A DNA stretch of 64,000 nt from the NCBI GenBank assembly GCA_040954595.2, contig CM082588.2, positions 2,810,413 through 2,874,412 of the forward strand. Direction: 5' to 3'. Position 1 is the stretch's first letter; each line of letters starts with the position of its first letter. The notes under the pieces were generated by a model. That model searched no databases, had not been told where the DNA came from, and saw nothing but the letters and a program-made list of their open reading frames with translations. Below, piece after piece: positions 1 through 20,300 of this stretch. The translations under genes and the position numbers were made by a program. Source of the stretch: Balanoglossus misakiensis (taxonomy: Eukaryota > Animalia > Hemichordata).

Positions 1-261
1 TCATCTTTGTTAACAAATGATGGTCACTTCTACTTCCAACATAAAGCTGATCATGTTTTATGGTCAGTATGGTGACCTAGATTAAATCTAGAAGGTTGGT
101 TCACAGCATCAGAAAGTTAATGTTGCCTGTGTTTTCCTACTTCTTACATACCTAGACAATAGGATTTTATAAGAAATAGTGTGGCCCAAGATGCCCTGCT
201 GTTTTAGGTATTGAGAAGAGTTCTGTGTATAACTTTTAACTTGTCATCAATTTCATGATAG

Positions 262-3057
<2,796 letters not shown>

Positions 3058-3699
3058 ATTGGTCAGTTGGTTATAGTCATTATAGACATTCCACCACACA
3101 TACTGCCATGTTGTATTTTCATATAAAATATTAAATCTAGATTACTTATTCCAATAGTGTATATGTACTTTTTAGTAATGAAAATATAATTTGAAAACTG
3201 AAATTGAAAACAGGACACAGAAATAACAAAAAAAGCTCCATTTATTGTCTCTGCAAGTGCTCTGTGGCAAACAAAGCACTTTGTTTTAAAGAGTGTAATT
3301 ACAGTCACAAGATCATCTGAATGATACCATAGAACAGGTACACACAATGGCTAGTCTAGTCTAGTCTACAGAGAAGAACAAGTACTTTATACCGACCAGA
3401 AATCCAGTCTAATAATCTTTGAAAGAAATGTTCAACATGCCGATCAGTTCCTGATGATGTAATTGCAAATCACAAACATGCAATAGGAGTTGTACACAAG
3501 ACTTTGAATTTTTAAGACAGACTCAGTATTGTAAGGAAGTGATGATTATTGTAACTACCACAAGAGACTCTCCAGCCCTTGTCAATGACCCCATTTTGAA
3601 AAGACGTTGATTGACTGATTTCCACTTCTGGTGTAACTAAACAGCGTTGGTCTTTACGAACTGGTACTGATCGGCAACTCCACAAATGGCCGAAGTCTC

Positions 3700-6113
3700 T
3701 CATGAAAACTTAGCTTTTGAGAAATCCATCTCCGGATGCTGTTTCATAAACCTGTTGTGGAGGAAAAACAAAAGAAGTTAAGGATATGAGCACACAAATT
3801 TGTTTCTTATCAAAGGATTAACACAGAGAATCCAGGTTTTGGGTTTTGCTGTACTTACTTATCAAGTACTTCCTTTTTCTTCTGTTCGTCTGACGTTGGA
3901 AGGCCCATTTCTTTTTGCCGTTGGTCGAACATCATTTTTTCAACCATGCCACGTGTTTCTCCATCCAGATCACTTAACTGAAATCAATAACAAATTGTTG
4001 TTTGTTTGGGTGACACACTGGCATTTGCATTTAAATCTATGCTAGCTATATGAGGCAAAATGTTTTATGCAGTGATGCCGTAATTACCTTTGAGTTTTCT
4101 GGCTGTACTTTTTTGGTGTTGATCTCTGGATCGGTTTTCACAAGTCGACTCCACCACTCCATTTTATTCACCTGTTGTAATTGTAAACATGACACAAACA
4201 GAAATAGGTTAACAAGACCTCATACACGTGTACAGGCTACAAAGAGTATATTTCTCAGCCCATGCTGTTGTCTGCTTATCCAGAAATCTGGACTCTGTTC
4301 CACTTTTTAAGCCTTCTCATCACTCACCTTTTCAATTGTGAGCACTAACACTTTCCTGTCTTCAATGATCCAACAGCATTCTTCCACTTTCATCTCGTTG
4401 TACGTCTCCCCGTCGATAATCGGTGGCTGGCCCTTGAGTCCGATCTTCAAGTGCCGTCTGCGGATGTCCACGATCACATCTCGGGGTTTGACAGGGAATG
4501 TGACTGGGAACGGGACGCGCAGCTGAGAAGGCAAACCAAAGGTTCAGTGTGTGGGATTGCAATAACCACACAACCCTCACACCCCTCCATTGCAGTGGTA
4601 TGGCTTGTAGAAGTTTTGGCCTCATTCTACAGCTGTACACATAAACATTTCTCATTTCCATTATTCTCACTACATGTTTGTATTGTACCAACCTCAAGTT
4701 CAGAGAGTGTTTGTGTCCATTTATAATTCGGTAAATCAGCTCCATTGCCAGCGTTGGGTTTCATTTTTCCTTTATCTGCCTCATCCTCTTCTGAATCATC
4801 CTGTTAACAACAAAAGAAATTATAAAAAGACCTTTCCCCAAGAGATAACACTTGAAAATGCCACACACAGAAAAGGACCTTTATACAAGAGAATGAAGTC
4901 AAGGAAAAGTGCTAAAAACTTTGCTTACATCATCTTCCTTTTTGTCCTTTACTTTCTTCTCTTCACTTGTATCTCCACCAGCAGTGGCACCTTCACCCGT
5001 TCTTTCCTGGTCTGTTGTGTTTTGCTGTCAGAGAGACAAAACAAAGTCACTCATTTGACACTTAGGCTGTAAAAATATTAAAGCGATGTATCATCTAATT
5101 TACATATGCCCATAAATGTACACTCCACACACACTCACTTCATCAAGTTGTTTCTGCAACCTTTCTGCTTCTTCGTCTGTGAGCTCTTTTATTTTGGGTT
5201 CATTCTCCGCTTGTTTCTTCTTCTCGGCCAGTTTGGCCGCTTTCTCTTCTTTGGCTTTGCGTGTGGCTGCAGCTTCATCATCGCGTTTTTTCTTCTCGGC
5301 GTTTGCAAGATCTTGATGGCGCCGGAACTTTTCCAGGATCAGCTGGCAAGAAGAAAGTCGGCATGACGGTTAACTCAGCTCTTACAATCAGATTTTTGCT
5401 GTCCAACCCCCCACCACCACCTGCCAAACCCTTGAGCTACGGCATTGCGGCTAACTCACGTGGTGATTCTGTTAGTATAGGCTTGACATGATGCATTGAT
5501 AACGTATGATTCATGGCATCGGGTCAACTATTCTGCAGTTGTGCGTGATCCCAACGTGAGACGACCTACCTTTTCTGCCGCTCCCTGTTCGCCTCCGACG
5601 TAGAAGTCGGTTTTTCTTCTGAGAAACGAGAACACCGTGTCCATTAACTGGAGGAAAGAAATATACACAAGTCAAATCATGATATTGATATTGAAAACGA
5701 AAGCATACAACAATAACTTAAACATCGCTGAAACACACAATCGATTGTCTTCATTTCATGCCACTGAAAAGAAGAAGTACGGATTTGTGAATGAAACGTC
5801 GTGGGGCGACTGTAATATGAAGTTATCATGGATTGAAAAACCCGGAAATGGTCCATTGGTCGACGTGACATGACAACGCATGTCGCTGTACATGTACATT
5901 GCACACATGATCACAAAACATGACACGGCAACAGAGTTAACCCTTTGGTTTCTGTTACCTCAAACCGTATTAGAAGTTTGTCTTGATGCTAGCTGATGAA
6001 CTCGAGGCTGCTCAACCGAAAATCACCAGTAAAAATCTCACCTCCTGTACTCCGCCTTCACATTGTTGTGCCATGTGAAGGAGCATGCCATCAAATCTTT
6101 CTTCGTCCGCCAT
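3700..6113 (-). CDS. NUDC: Nuclear migration protein NudC (CS/p23 domain co-chaperone), 9 exons
   Basis: Exons at about 6113-6042 ([24 protein letters not shown]), 5649-5550 ([11 protein letters not shown]), 5343-5138, 5011-4928, 4801-4693 ([25 protein letters not shown]), 4522-4328 ([15 protein letters not shown]), 4171-4088 ([10 protein letters not shown]), 3976-3859 ([22 protein letters not shown]) and 3752-3700 ([16 protein letters not shown]). These are diagnostic NudC motifs. Confidence 0.97.
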
Positions 6114-6398
6114 TTTGAAACTTCATGTGCAAACATGATAGTGGCCACGGGTGGCGCTGTTTAAAGGTCATCGGACTTTTCATTGACTGCCGCAAGTTTC
6201 AAGAAACTTCGGCAGGGTGTAGCCTTTTACGGCATTGACGTCGATTACCATATGTGATGTGAATTTGATATTACATGTACATAATAGACGAAAAAAGATT
6301 CCATTGCGTTTTATTTTTTAATGTGCTACTATCCTTCGAAACCTGAGTTATTGTGATCCGCTTGAATGACGAGGCGGTACACTAAGAAGTTCAGTTTT

Positions 6399-8740
6399 TC
6401 AAATATTATTATAGCTACTCTTTTCTATCGGATAGTTGGCTGGCGACTGTAAATCTTCTTGGTGGTTGTCCTGAGCTGGTTCTCCATCGTCTGACTTCAA
6501 GGAAATGACGTCGAAACATTCGATTGAAAACCGGTCTTGAACAGAAGGTGCAGTATGCATTTGTAAGGTGCTTGGGGCCGTGCTCTCTGACACCGAGACC
6601 GACTTGCTCTCATATGTCGGGTTCTCGAAACATGTGACGTCCGCGTTCTTGGGCGAGCTCTCTCCGGTTCTGCTGGAGCCGGTGGTTCTCTTTGTCAAGG
6701 GGATCAGAAACAGGAGTAAAGCGCCGATCAGGGCGAGTGTCCCAGCAAAGTAGAACGCAACGTCGTAAGACTGGTGAGCATCGAATATCCATCCTGTGAA
6801 TGAGTGAAAGGGCAAAGAACGAAAGAAAGAAAGAGTCAGAGACAGACAGACATCATCATCATCGTCTTTGTCGTCGTCATCGTCGACTGGTATTCCCAGT
6901 GACCAATACTCAGTGATCGTTTCTTGTCACTACACTTCCAAGAAAAGCTTTCTATGTGAATTTGAGTTTAGCAGCTTATACTGAGATCAAGCGAAAGGGA
7001 AGCACACATGTTACGTAAACCCACCTGCGATTGGTGGTCCAAGTGTGAACGCAATAGAGCAAATAGCCGACATGACTCCCCAGGCTTCGATCATTCTGCT
7101 GGGCCCGACCAGATCCTGAGTAAGAACCGGAAGCAAGGTGATGAACACCGAATCCGCTATCCCGTAGAACACTACGTACGCAACCATCCCGGCGTAATTC
7201 GTCGCCAGTGGCAACAGTAGCGTGGATACGCCGTTGGTGAGGAGGGCGGCCTGGTTGATGTAGATCCGCTTCGATTGGATGGCGTCACACAGCTTGCCGA
7301 AGATGATACGACCCACAGTGGTGGAGATTCCGAGATAGCATATCAACATTGCCGCATCAGCAGATGAAGCACCGTTCAATTCGGCATATTTTATCTGGTC
7401 GAAATAAAGATAAGATCATCGTAATCAACCAATGGCTGCATCACAAAATAAGTCTTGGTTGACGTCTAAGAATTGATGGAAAATGAACCAAAGTTAAATG
7501 TGCTCAGTTACTAACCATGTGAACGTAAGGGGTGTAATATCCCATGTACACGAGAAAAGTGGCCATGGTCCAAATCCAGAAGACACGGTCCTCCCACACC
7601 CAGCAACCCAGGATGTATGTCTTTACCGACGAGGAGGGAAGTCTGGCCGAGGAATACGGTGTCTGAGCCCTCGAGCGGTAAGATAGGGAAGCGGCGACGG
7701 TGACGATCAAGACGACGCACTCCAGTCTCCAGGCTTTGCGCCATCCGTAGTTGGAGACGAGGAACTGCGTGAACGGCGTCATCACCAACGTGCCAAAACT
7801 CCCGCCGGCCGAGACGATACCCGTCGCTAGGCATCGATGCCTGGAAAAGTACTGCCCGTTCGACAAAATCGCGATCGTGTAAAGGAAACTCGTGCCGACG
7901 CCGAACAGGACACTGTAGGTGAGAAACAGCACCCCGAGGTTGGTCGCGAAGGATGACGCAAACAGTCCGATGATGCAGAGGACGCCGCCAGCAGCGACCA
8001 CCGCTCGATGACCGAACCGGACACTCGCATAAGTTGCCAAAGGAGAAACGCCGTAGGATATACCGTACGACAGGGATGCCACCCAGGCTGCAAAAGAATA
8101 TCACAAAAGTATGTTAGGAAAGTCACTTCACCCATCACACGATCTCCTGAATGCTCGAGGTAGGCCTATCTAATGTAGGATCAATCTGATTTCAATCAGA
8201 TTGGCTAGCATAAGAATGGTGGCGTGGAGTGATATACTTACCAGTTTCTGCACCACTACTGCCAAAGTGATCCAGTAAGGCAACAAAAAACACCCCAAAC
8301 GCATTGTGGATACCTAAATCAAAAGTACAAATGATGAACGACGAAAAACACGCCATCCACGACCGAGCATCGTCAAAAGGGGTGGGCCTATCATGTGCAG
8401 AACCACTGTTCGCCACTCCATCGCCACCAACGGCCGTAGTCTCTAATCCTGTCTCCGTGGCAACGTCTTGTTTCCTTTCAAGAGACCCAAACTTCTCTTT
8501 TGATTCTGTAATATTTTCTGTCGAACCGGCGTGGCCATAGAGACTGCCACTTGTTCTTCTGGACGATGAGATTTCAATGACATCGTTGTCATCTGCTGCA
8601 TTCTCCGCGGCCTCCCTGTCGCTCGTCGGTGTCTTCTCTCCTGGCCCGTCTACTTCATCAGCACCATCATCGTTTGCAATTTCTTGCGCAAAAGTTTCCG
8701 TAAGATATTGGCAGGACTCGTTTCGTATATTCCCCTGCAT
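6399..8740 (-). CDS. Monocarboxylate transporter (SLC16/MCT family, MFS), 4 exons
   Basis: Exons at about 8740-8242 (FDDARSWMACFSSF..FGVFFVALLDHF), 8087-7516 (RFGHRAVVAAGG, QYFSRHRCLATGIVSAG), 7394-7025 (GRIIFGKLCD, LGPPIAG) and 6793-6399 (WIFDAHQSYDVAFYFAG). These are typical SLC16 motifs. Start codon and subfamily are uncertain. Confidence 0.9.
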
Positions 8741-9993
8741 CTTTTAGGCCTCACTTTTACAAATTCAGGATAAAATGTCGCGTTTTTCCGATTTAAACTC
8801 ATTTTGGGAACTTTCACGATCGAAATTTCGAAGCATTCTTGTTCCACCCGCGTCGGTCGTTTCCATTTTCACCTGGACGCGTTCCGTTACCTAGGTGACG
8901 TGCTTTGTTCGTTGTGCAGGGGCGCAGAACAAAGCATCACGAAACAAATGACGCATCCATATCCGAAAGACAATCGTTGACCAATAATAGACTGTCTATG
9001 GGCCGACCAATCTGCGTTTATTTTTCAGATTTCGCAACGAGAAGTTTCCCCTGAATTGTGAATGTCGCCCTCGAGTGGCCAAAAAGTAGCGCCTCGTTTG
9101 ACACGCGCCCGTACTTTCACATTATTTTCGTCATTTTTAATTTAAAAATGACTACTGAGAGATGTGTGTCCGCTGTACAATACATTGTACAATGTAGTTA
9201 GGTGTGTGTGCAAAATGATAGGATGAACTCTTCCCGAGGCCCTGTTTTACGATTTCGTAGCACAGAAAATAAAAGTGTATTTGCACAAATCGGGTCAGCC
9301 AATGAGCTAATTCAGGAGACAATCAATCAAAATAAACGTTGCAAATGTCGTGGAATAAATGCGCGCGTTAAAACATCTTGTCGTTTCAGTGGAAAGGATG
9401 GTTTATAAGATATTTTCCGTCACACGATACTTTTGAGAACACTAGCGAATAGAGTTCAAATGTACCTACCGCTTTGTAAATATTACCGAAAATGGCAAAT
9501 GTCATAACTCATTTACAGGCCTTTCTGTTAGTCATATGAGACTAACAGATGTGGTGCAATGTTAATATTCACAAATATACTCCATATACATAGCTTATGT
9601 AGTGCCGTCACATTGCGTAGTCGTTGACGGTTCTGCGCACCTGTTGCTATGGTAATTAACTGTTAGTGCGCAAAAATACCCAGCAGTAGAGGATTTTATT
9701 CGATACTTGGGGATAACGTTGCGTTAACGCCAATGAACGCCTTTATTAGATTAAATGGCGTTCTCTTAGAGTACACGTTTCCGCCGACTTCAATTAGAAG
9801 GCAAACGCCGGCCATTCGCCGCGCACAATGAATTGATTCATGTTCTGGACAATTATCATCAACATTCAGACGCGCTAACTCTTACGAGGACAAACGTAAC
9901 CGCGAGCGGTCGTCATTACTTCAGGGTAGAAAACCCGGCGCTTTACACTAGTGCACTCGACCGAGTCCAAGTGGAGAGAACCTCTTTCGGAAT

Positions 9994-14764
<4,771 letters not shown>

Positions 14765-15442
14765 AATGCAATAGCAAGATTTTTGTCTTATTTTTACCTG
14801 TACAGAAACCACTAAGCATTCTGTCATTTTCTATAACAATCGCTCCGTAACGGAAATCACTGATTTATGAAGAAAAACACGACAGAAAGGCTCAGTGTTG
14901 CTCATAATACATTAAACCATCTGGCATCGAAGGTTCCGACAAGATTTCGAAGATTTTTGTCATTTTTACATGAGTTGTAGTTAATAGTTAAATAGGGCCT
15001 AGACGAGAATTTCTATTTTGAAAATTACGTGACAAGAATTGGACGTGTATCTGATTTTTAATCAGCAGCCTATGTCTGGGCTACATTATTCTGAACGATT
15101 TCCGATGATTTGATAATCAGATATCGATGACGAGAGATCGATGCTTTCCGTTTCTATAACAGATGTAATAGCCGCACTCGAAAACAAACAAAAATTCAAC
15201 AAACAAACAAACTTGATCCTAGTTCCAGAATGCACTGCGCGATGTATATAGCAGACGACGTTCCCTGGAGTGCGGACGACGCAATATAGACCCTGTCATC
15301 AAGTTCACGTACGTTTTCGTCGTTTCTACAATACAAATTGCGAATTTTACGAACTGTGCGACTAGACTGACGAACAGCAACACGTGAGAACATTGTTTGC
15401 ACCGTTAATTCAGCATGACATTGCCGTTGAAGGCTCAAGCGA

Positions 15443-15507
15443 ACCCGGAAGTAACCCGGAAGTGGGTCTCCATGTGTGAATCCGTGAACTTTAAAAGCAG
15501 GGTAAGT
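15443..15507 (+). promoter_or_regulatory. Tandem ETS (CCGGAAGT x2) promoter followed by a first-exon splice donor
   Basis: acccggaagtaacccggaagtg at about 15443-15464, in a CpG-rich patch, followed by CAGG|GTAAGT at 15501/15502. Confidence 0.6.
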
Positions 15508-17055
15508 AGTTCGGTATTTCAGATAAGATTTTCATATACTGGGTGCCCTCCTAGCCCTAGCCCTGCGTATAGGTGTGTGCGTGTGTGTGTGTTCCAGGCG
15601 TTATACGGCCGTGTAACACATAGACCCGTACGCAGAGCCAGTGCATGCCCTGACACACCCCCTTCATCTGACCACCTTGAGATTTTTTTTGCATACTAGT
15701 ACATGTATTTGAACCATCCATAGTATTTCTGGTATAAGTTACAGTTTTAGTTTACTTGATCACTCAGTACTTGAAAGTGACAATTTCCCATCATAACACT
15801 ATAATAATATAAACACCATATTTTCAACATAATAGTACAATTTAAGCTTGAAAATGAAATTAATGTACATGCAAATTTTATGGCTGTGTAGTTTACACAA
15901 GTCTAGTGTGTGTGTGCAGTTGCATTCTGTTACTTTACACACAGAAACACTCAAACTGAAAAGCTGAGGGAAACACATACCAATATAGGGTTTCAAAGAA
16001 CTGGCATACAATTTCTGTTTCAGTATCATCTTTCCCAGACACAAGTCCCTTAAGATTTATTAACAACATGTTGAAAAACCAGAGTGCAATGTTTTACAAT
16101 CAATGCAGTCTGTTTTAACTGTACTTTTCTTGACACTCTGCCAGACGTAATGAAAAAACCATTTGCTGGCTGCCACCTTCCAATAACTTGCGCAATTCAA
16201 ACTTTCCCATTACGTGTCCACTGTAATAATTCAGCGGATGACTGAAATGGAAGCATGGTTTCCCTTCGCGATCATTGCCATGGCGACAGTACCACGCACA
16301 ATCAGCAATCCTTCACTTCCTTCCTGGCTTCTTCTACTTTGCGCTGATGAAATTACGTGTGCAAGATTTGTGGCTGTGGATGAAAATTACTTGTTTCAAA
16401 ACAACTGTCATGTGTAGGATGTATCGGGCATTAAGTGCTTATTAGAAGCAAGTGTTATTAGAGTGACTTTAAGTATTTTCTGGTGTTTTGAAAAATCTGT
16501 CATATAACACATATTATTGTAGTGACTAAATAAGCTGCTTTGCAGTTGACAAAATGAAATTTACATACGGGAAAGGAACTTGAGATCTCTCCTTATTTTT
16601 CATTGCTAGCAGAAAAAATATTCACGTTGTTATGGAAGGGATAGCCTGTTTTCCCGGGAGTCCTGTTTCAGTTAATGACAGTGTGTGAGTGAGAGTGGGT
16701 TGTCAAAGGCAGCTGAATGCACAACATTTACATGTACAAATTTGTGTGATTAAGTAGCCTTGGTGAGTGCTGTCAGTCCAGTTTTTACTAGTTGGGGCAT
16801 TCAACCCAAATGTACAAATATTTTGACACCACACTTGTCAGGTTACAGAATATCGCACTGCAATGTATACATATGTTTTCTTTATGCAATATTTGCATAT
16901 TTCTATTTTTTGTCCTGATTTTCAATCAAATTTAGCTTTCTGTAACGACTTGTATGCTATTTAATAATTATTTGATAATATTTTTAAATGATCTTACAAC
17001 ATCTATGGAGAGCTGTAGTCAAGTTCATTGCCTAATAAAGGTAACAAATATGACA
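15465..17055 (+). ncRNA. Candidate spliced lncRNA or micropeptide gene
   Basis: ETS promoter, donor at 15502, acceptor ttttcttgacactctgccag ending at 16144, AATAAA at 17034. Only short ORFs are present. Confidence 0.35.
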
Positions 17056-17327
17056 GCATGTGTGTTTTAACTCATAGGCTTTTATTTTAAATGGAAATAA
17101 CAGAAAATAGCACAGTATGTAGTACAATGGTACAGTCTGAATACAGAAATGAACAGAGGTTCCAAAACATCTTCTTGACATTTTTTTTTTGCGATTCGAC
17201 AGTTTCATTCCCTGAGTCATAAATTTTATCCCTGTCACTCCACAAAACTCACAGCTTCATGCTCCCTGTGACAAGAGGAATGGTGTTCTTGTGACAGAAA
17301 AAGTCCATGTTTGTCACTAAATCTACG

Positions 17328-20300
17328 TTAGAATTGCAATTTCTGTGAACCTGCTGTTGGTTGGTTTTCTCGACCATTGTCTTTGTTGTGGCTGTCTTGG
17401 CCTCCATTTTCAGCCGTTGCACTGGCAAGAGCAGCAAGCTAGAAGAAAATAAAACAGTATCTCGATTTTTATGGAAAGATGACAATGTCTGGTCAACCTT
17501 ACCAGTATTTTGAAATATACTCTTGCTCTCTGAATTCAGGAAATTTCTCTATTTATTCATGAAGAAAACATTTCTTACCTTTTGTCTGACTTTGTTTGTC
17601 TTCCCAATACCCAGTCTGAAAGAGGAAAGAGATAATACAAAGATAGAAAACATTTGTAAATGTGACATGAAGCTATAACAGAAGGGAGTCCATAGAAGAC
17701 AGACTTTCATACATGATTATTTCAAATCCCTTAAATAATTAAAATTCCCTTACTTCGGCAAACCTTTGTTTAGTCCTTCCAGTAAGACACATGCTTTACA
17801 GGTTGCATTGCTGGATATGTAACCACACTGCGTGCATGTCATCTGTGTTGGCATCTTGACATCCTTCTTGATCGATAAACTTTCCCCTGAATGGATAATA
17901 TCTGCAGGGCCAGAAACAGATAAGTCTTGGCTCATGTTATTTGTAATTTATTGATCAGGTAGTGCACGCCTCAAAAAATAAGACACTTTTAGATTATTCT
18001 CTGTTAATTCAATTGCGAATAAGAATGGGGCTCACCAATGCAAAAAAGTATTACTTACCAATAATTGCACTTGGCCGGATGGCTTCTAAGTCTTTCAGGA
18101 AAGTCCTGGCGTGACCTCTGTAAGCATTGGGTGAATAGATACACTCCGTGGAAAAGTAATCCAACTTTTTAAAGTATGCATACCTGTAAACACAGGAAGA
18201 GACAACTATCAGACTGAGATTGCCCCTAACACATGCCGACTTTTCATTCCATATAAATGATGTTGATGTTCTTTAAATCAGTGGTGAATAACTAGACTTT
18301 ACGGAAGTGCATTAAGACTTTAAGAACCTTCAGAAAACCATCTCCAGGGGTGCACATTACCTTAACTAGAAGATAAGAGAAAGCATATGGTGAATGTAGA
18401 ACTTACATTACGATTTCTTTTTCATAGGTATACTTGAATGGTTTGCATCGTGGTAGGTAGCCTTCATTTCCCTACAGTGTTTTCAAGGACACATCATAAA
18501 GGTTAATTTAATCAAAGATTGTGTTAAAGCTCTGAATAACATCCTAGTCTGTCAGAGGCATTTCGTAATTTCGAAAAGCTTTCTGGCTGAGACGTGTTGT
18601 TGAAATGTTAACTTGGATAAACAAGAAATTTCACAACAAGCATTAACTTTTAAGTCATCTGATTTGTTGTTGTGCTGCTGAAATCAATTATTGTGAGTAA
18701 AATCTGATCTCCACTTTCACAGTGGCGAATGACACAATTGTACTTAAAAGCACTCCCACAGGGTGCCCTAAAGGAGAGATATTGTTGTTCATTTGTTCAT
18801 GAATCTAAACATGCTACCTTTGGAAAGACTTACAGTGGTAATGGATGTACATCTTCTAAGTCTCGCTATGTCCCCTCTGAGAACTGAAACAGTCACAAAA
18901 GACAGAGAAAAACAATAAAAAGGTGTACATGATAAATTTTGATGTCAAATAAAGAGTGATTTTCCCTGTAAAATTTGCACACAACATATGCTGAATACAA
19001 AATTGCACTATTTTAAAGTCACGATCACTACCTGTCACTATGACAAAACTGTTCCCCTTATAGAGCTAATTTGGCAAAAAACATGACCATAATGTGATTT
19101 TTTTATTGTGAAGCCCTTTCGCTGTTACCGTTCATTAAGACTGTTTCCGCGATGTCATCTGCATTGTGACCAGTTACAATTTTATCCGCCTTCACAAGCA
19201 CGGCACCACGATCTAACGCCTGTCGTCTGAATACCCCACAGAAGGTACCTGAGTCAGAGAAGATGATATAATGAAGATGACTAACACGGTTTCTGAATCT
19301 TAAATTTGCTTTCAAATTGTCTGCACAGGTAACATTAACATAAATTGCAAGTGAAGAGTTTTCCATGGTAGATATAAATGTAAATACATGCACTCACAGT
19401 TGCTTTTAAGTCCTATCTGCTTGACAATGGCATCCATGGTCCAGCCATACAGTTCCTGAAGGTCAAGAAAGGTTTAATGAGCATTTAAAGCAAAAGATCT
19501 TAAACAATGCAATTGTGTTAAAGTATGACAGAAAACATTGCACTAGAGTATGCACAATTCAGCATGTAGAGGGCGCGTGACTTTTCTTACTCAAATGCCA
19601 GTTCTTTCTAATCAGTGTTAGGCCCGACTTTCCCCCCTAAATACAGGTTTTGTCTTCTCCAACACTTACCTCATATGACACAATCTTCAGTGGTAAATCA
19701 TACTGCTGCTGATTTCTTTTCACAGTCTGGTAGGAAAAATGCAAAGAAACAGTTGATCAACAATCGAAATATCCAGTTCCAGGCCCTTTTTCACTGGTAA
19801 CACAAACACTGGAGGCACTATTGTGCAATGGCCTGAGTAAACTGGACTTACCTCCAATGAGTCATCTCTGTAACCTGTGATTCCCTCGTCAACAGACAGC
19901 AATATCAGCTGCAATCCATAGTCATAGCGTTCATTTAACGTCTTCAAGACATATGCCAAGACGGTGGAGTCTGCAAAGAAGCCAGTCATAAATGTAACTG
20001 AGAAACCTAGAAATTCAATATGATTTTGAAAGTTCCACACTTTTCAGCACTGCATGCATGCATCCCATTGCTAGTTCCACTCCTACCTTTCCCACCAGAA
20101 GCACCTATGGCAACAGTTTCTCCTCTCGTGAACAACTTGGCATCTGCAATCGTCTGGTGAATTTCTGTCTCGAAGGCATAGTAGAAGCATTCTCTGCACA
20201 GCGCATCACCCTGTAAAGAGAATAAAAAACAAAGAATCTGTAACAACTTGGTCAGAGAGGGCGCAAGCCTACACGATGTGTGGTTTACCAGTCATCATAT

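Noticed and set aside
16660-16725. SECIS element (ATGA in a hairpin)
   Set aside because: No opposing GA quartet, no apical AA, and no upstream selenoprotein-like ORF.
15546-16730. Telomerase RNA (CCTAGCCCTAGCCCT upstream of an H/ACA-like region)
   Set aside because: It is not a CTAACCCTAA template for TTAGGG, it lies in the predicted intron, and no pseudoknot or CR4/5 was found.
19560-20270. CTCF-like AGAGGGCGC cores bounding the regulatory block
   Set aside because: Only the 3' half of the motif matches, which is too weak without ChIP data.
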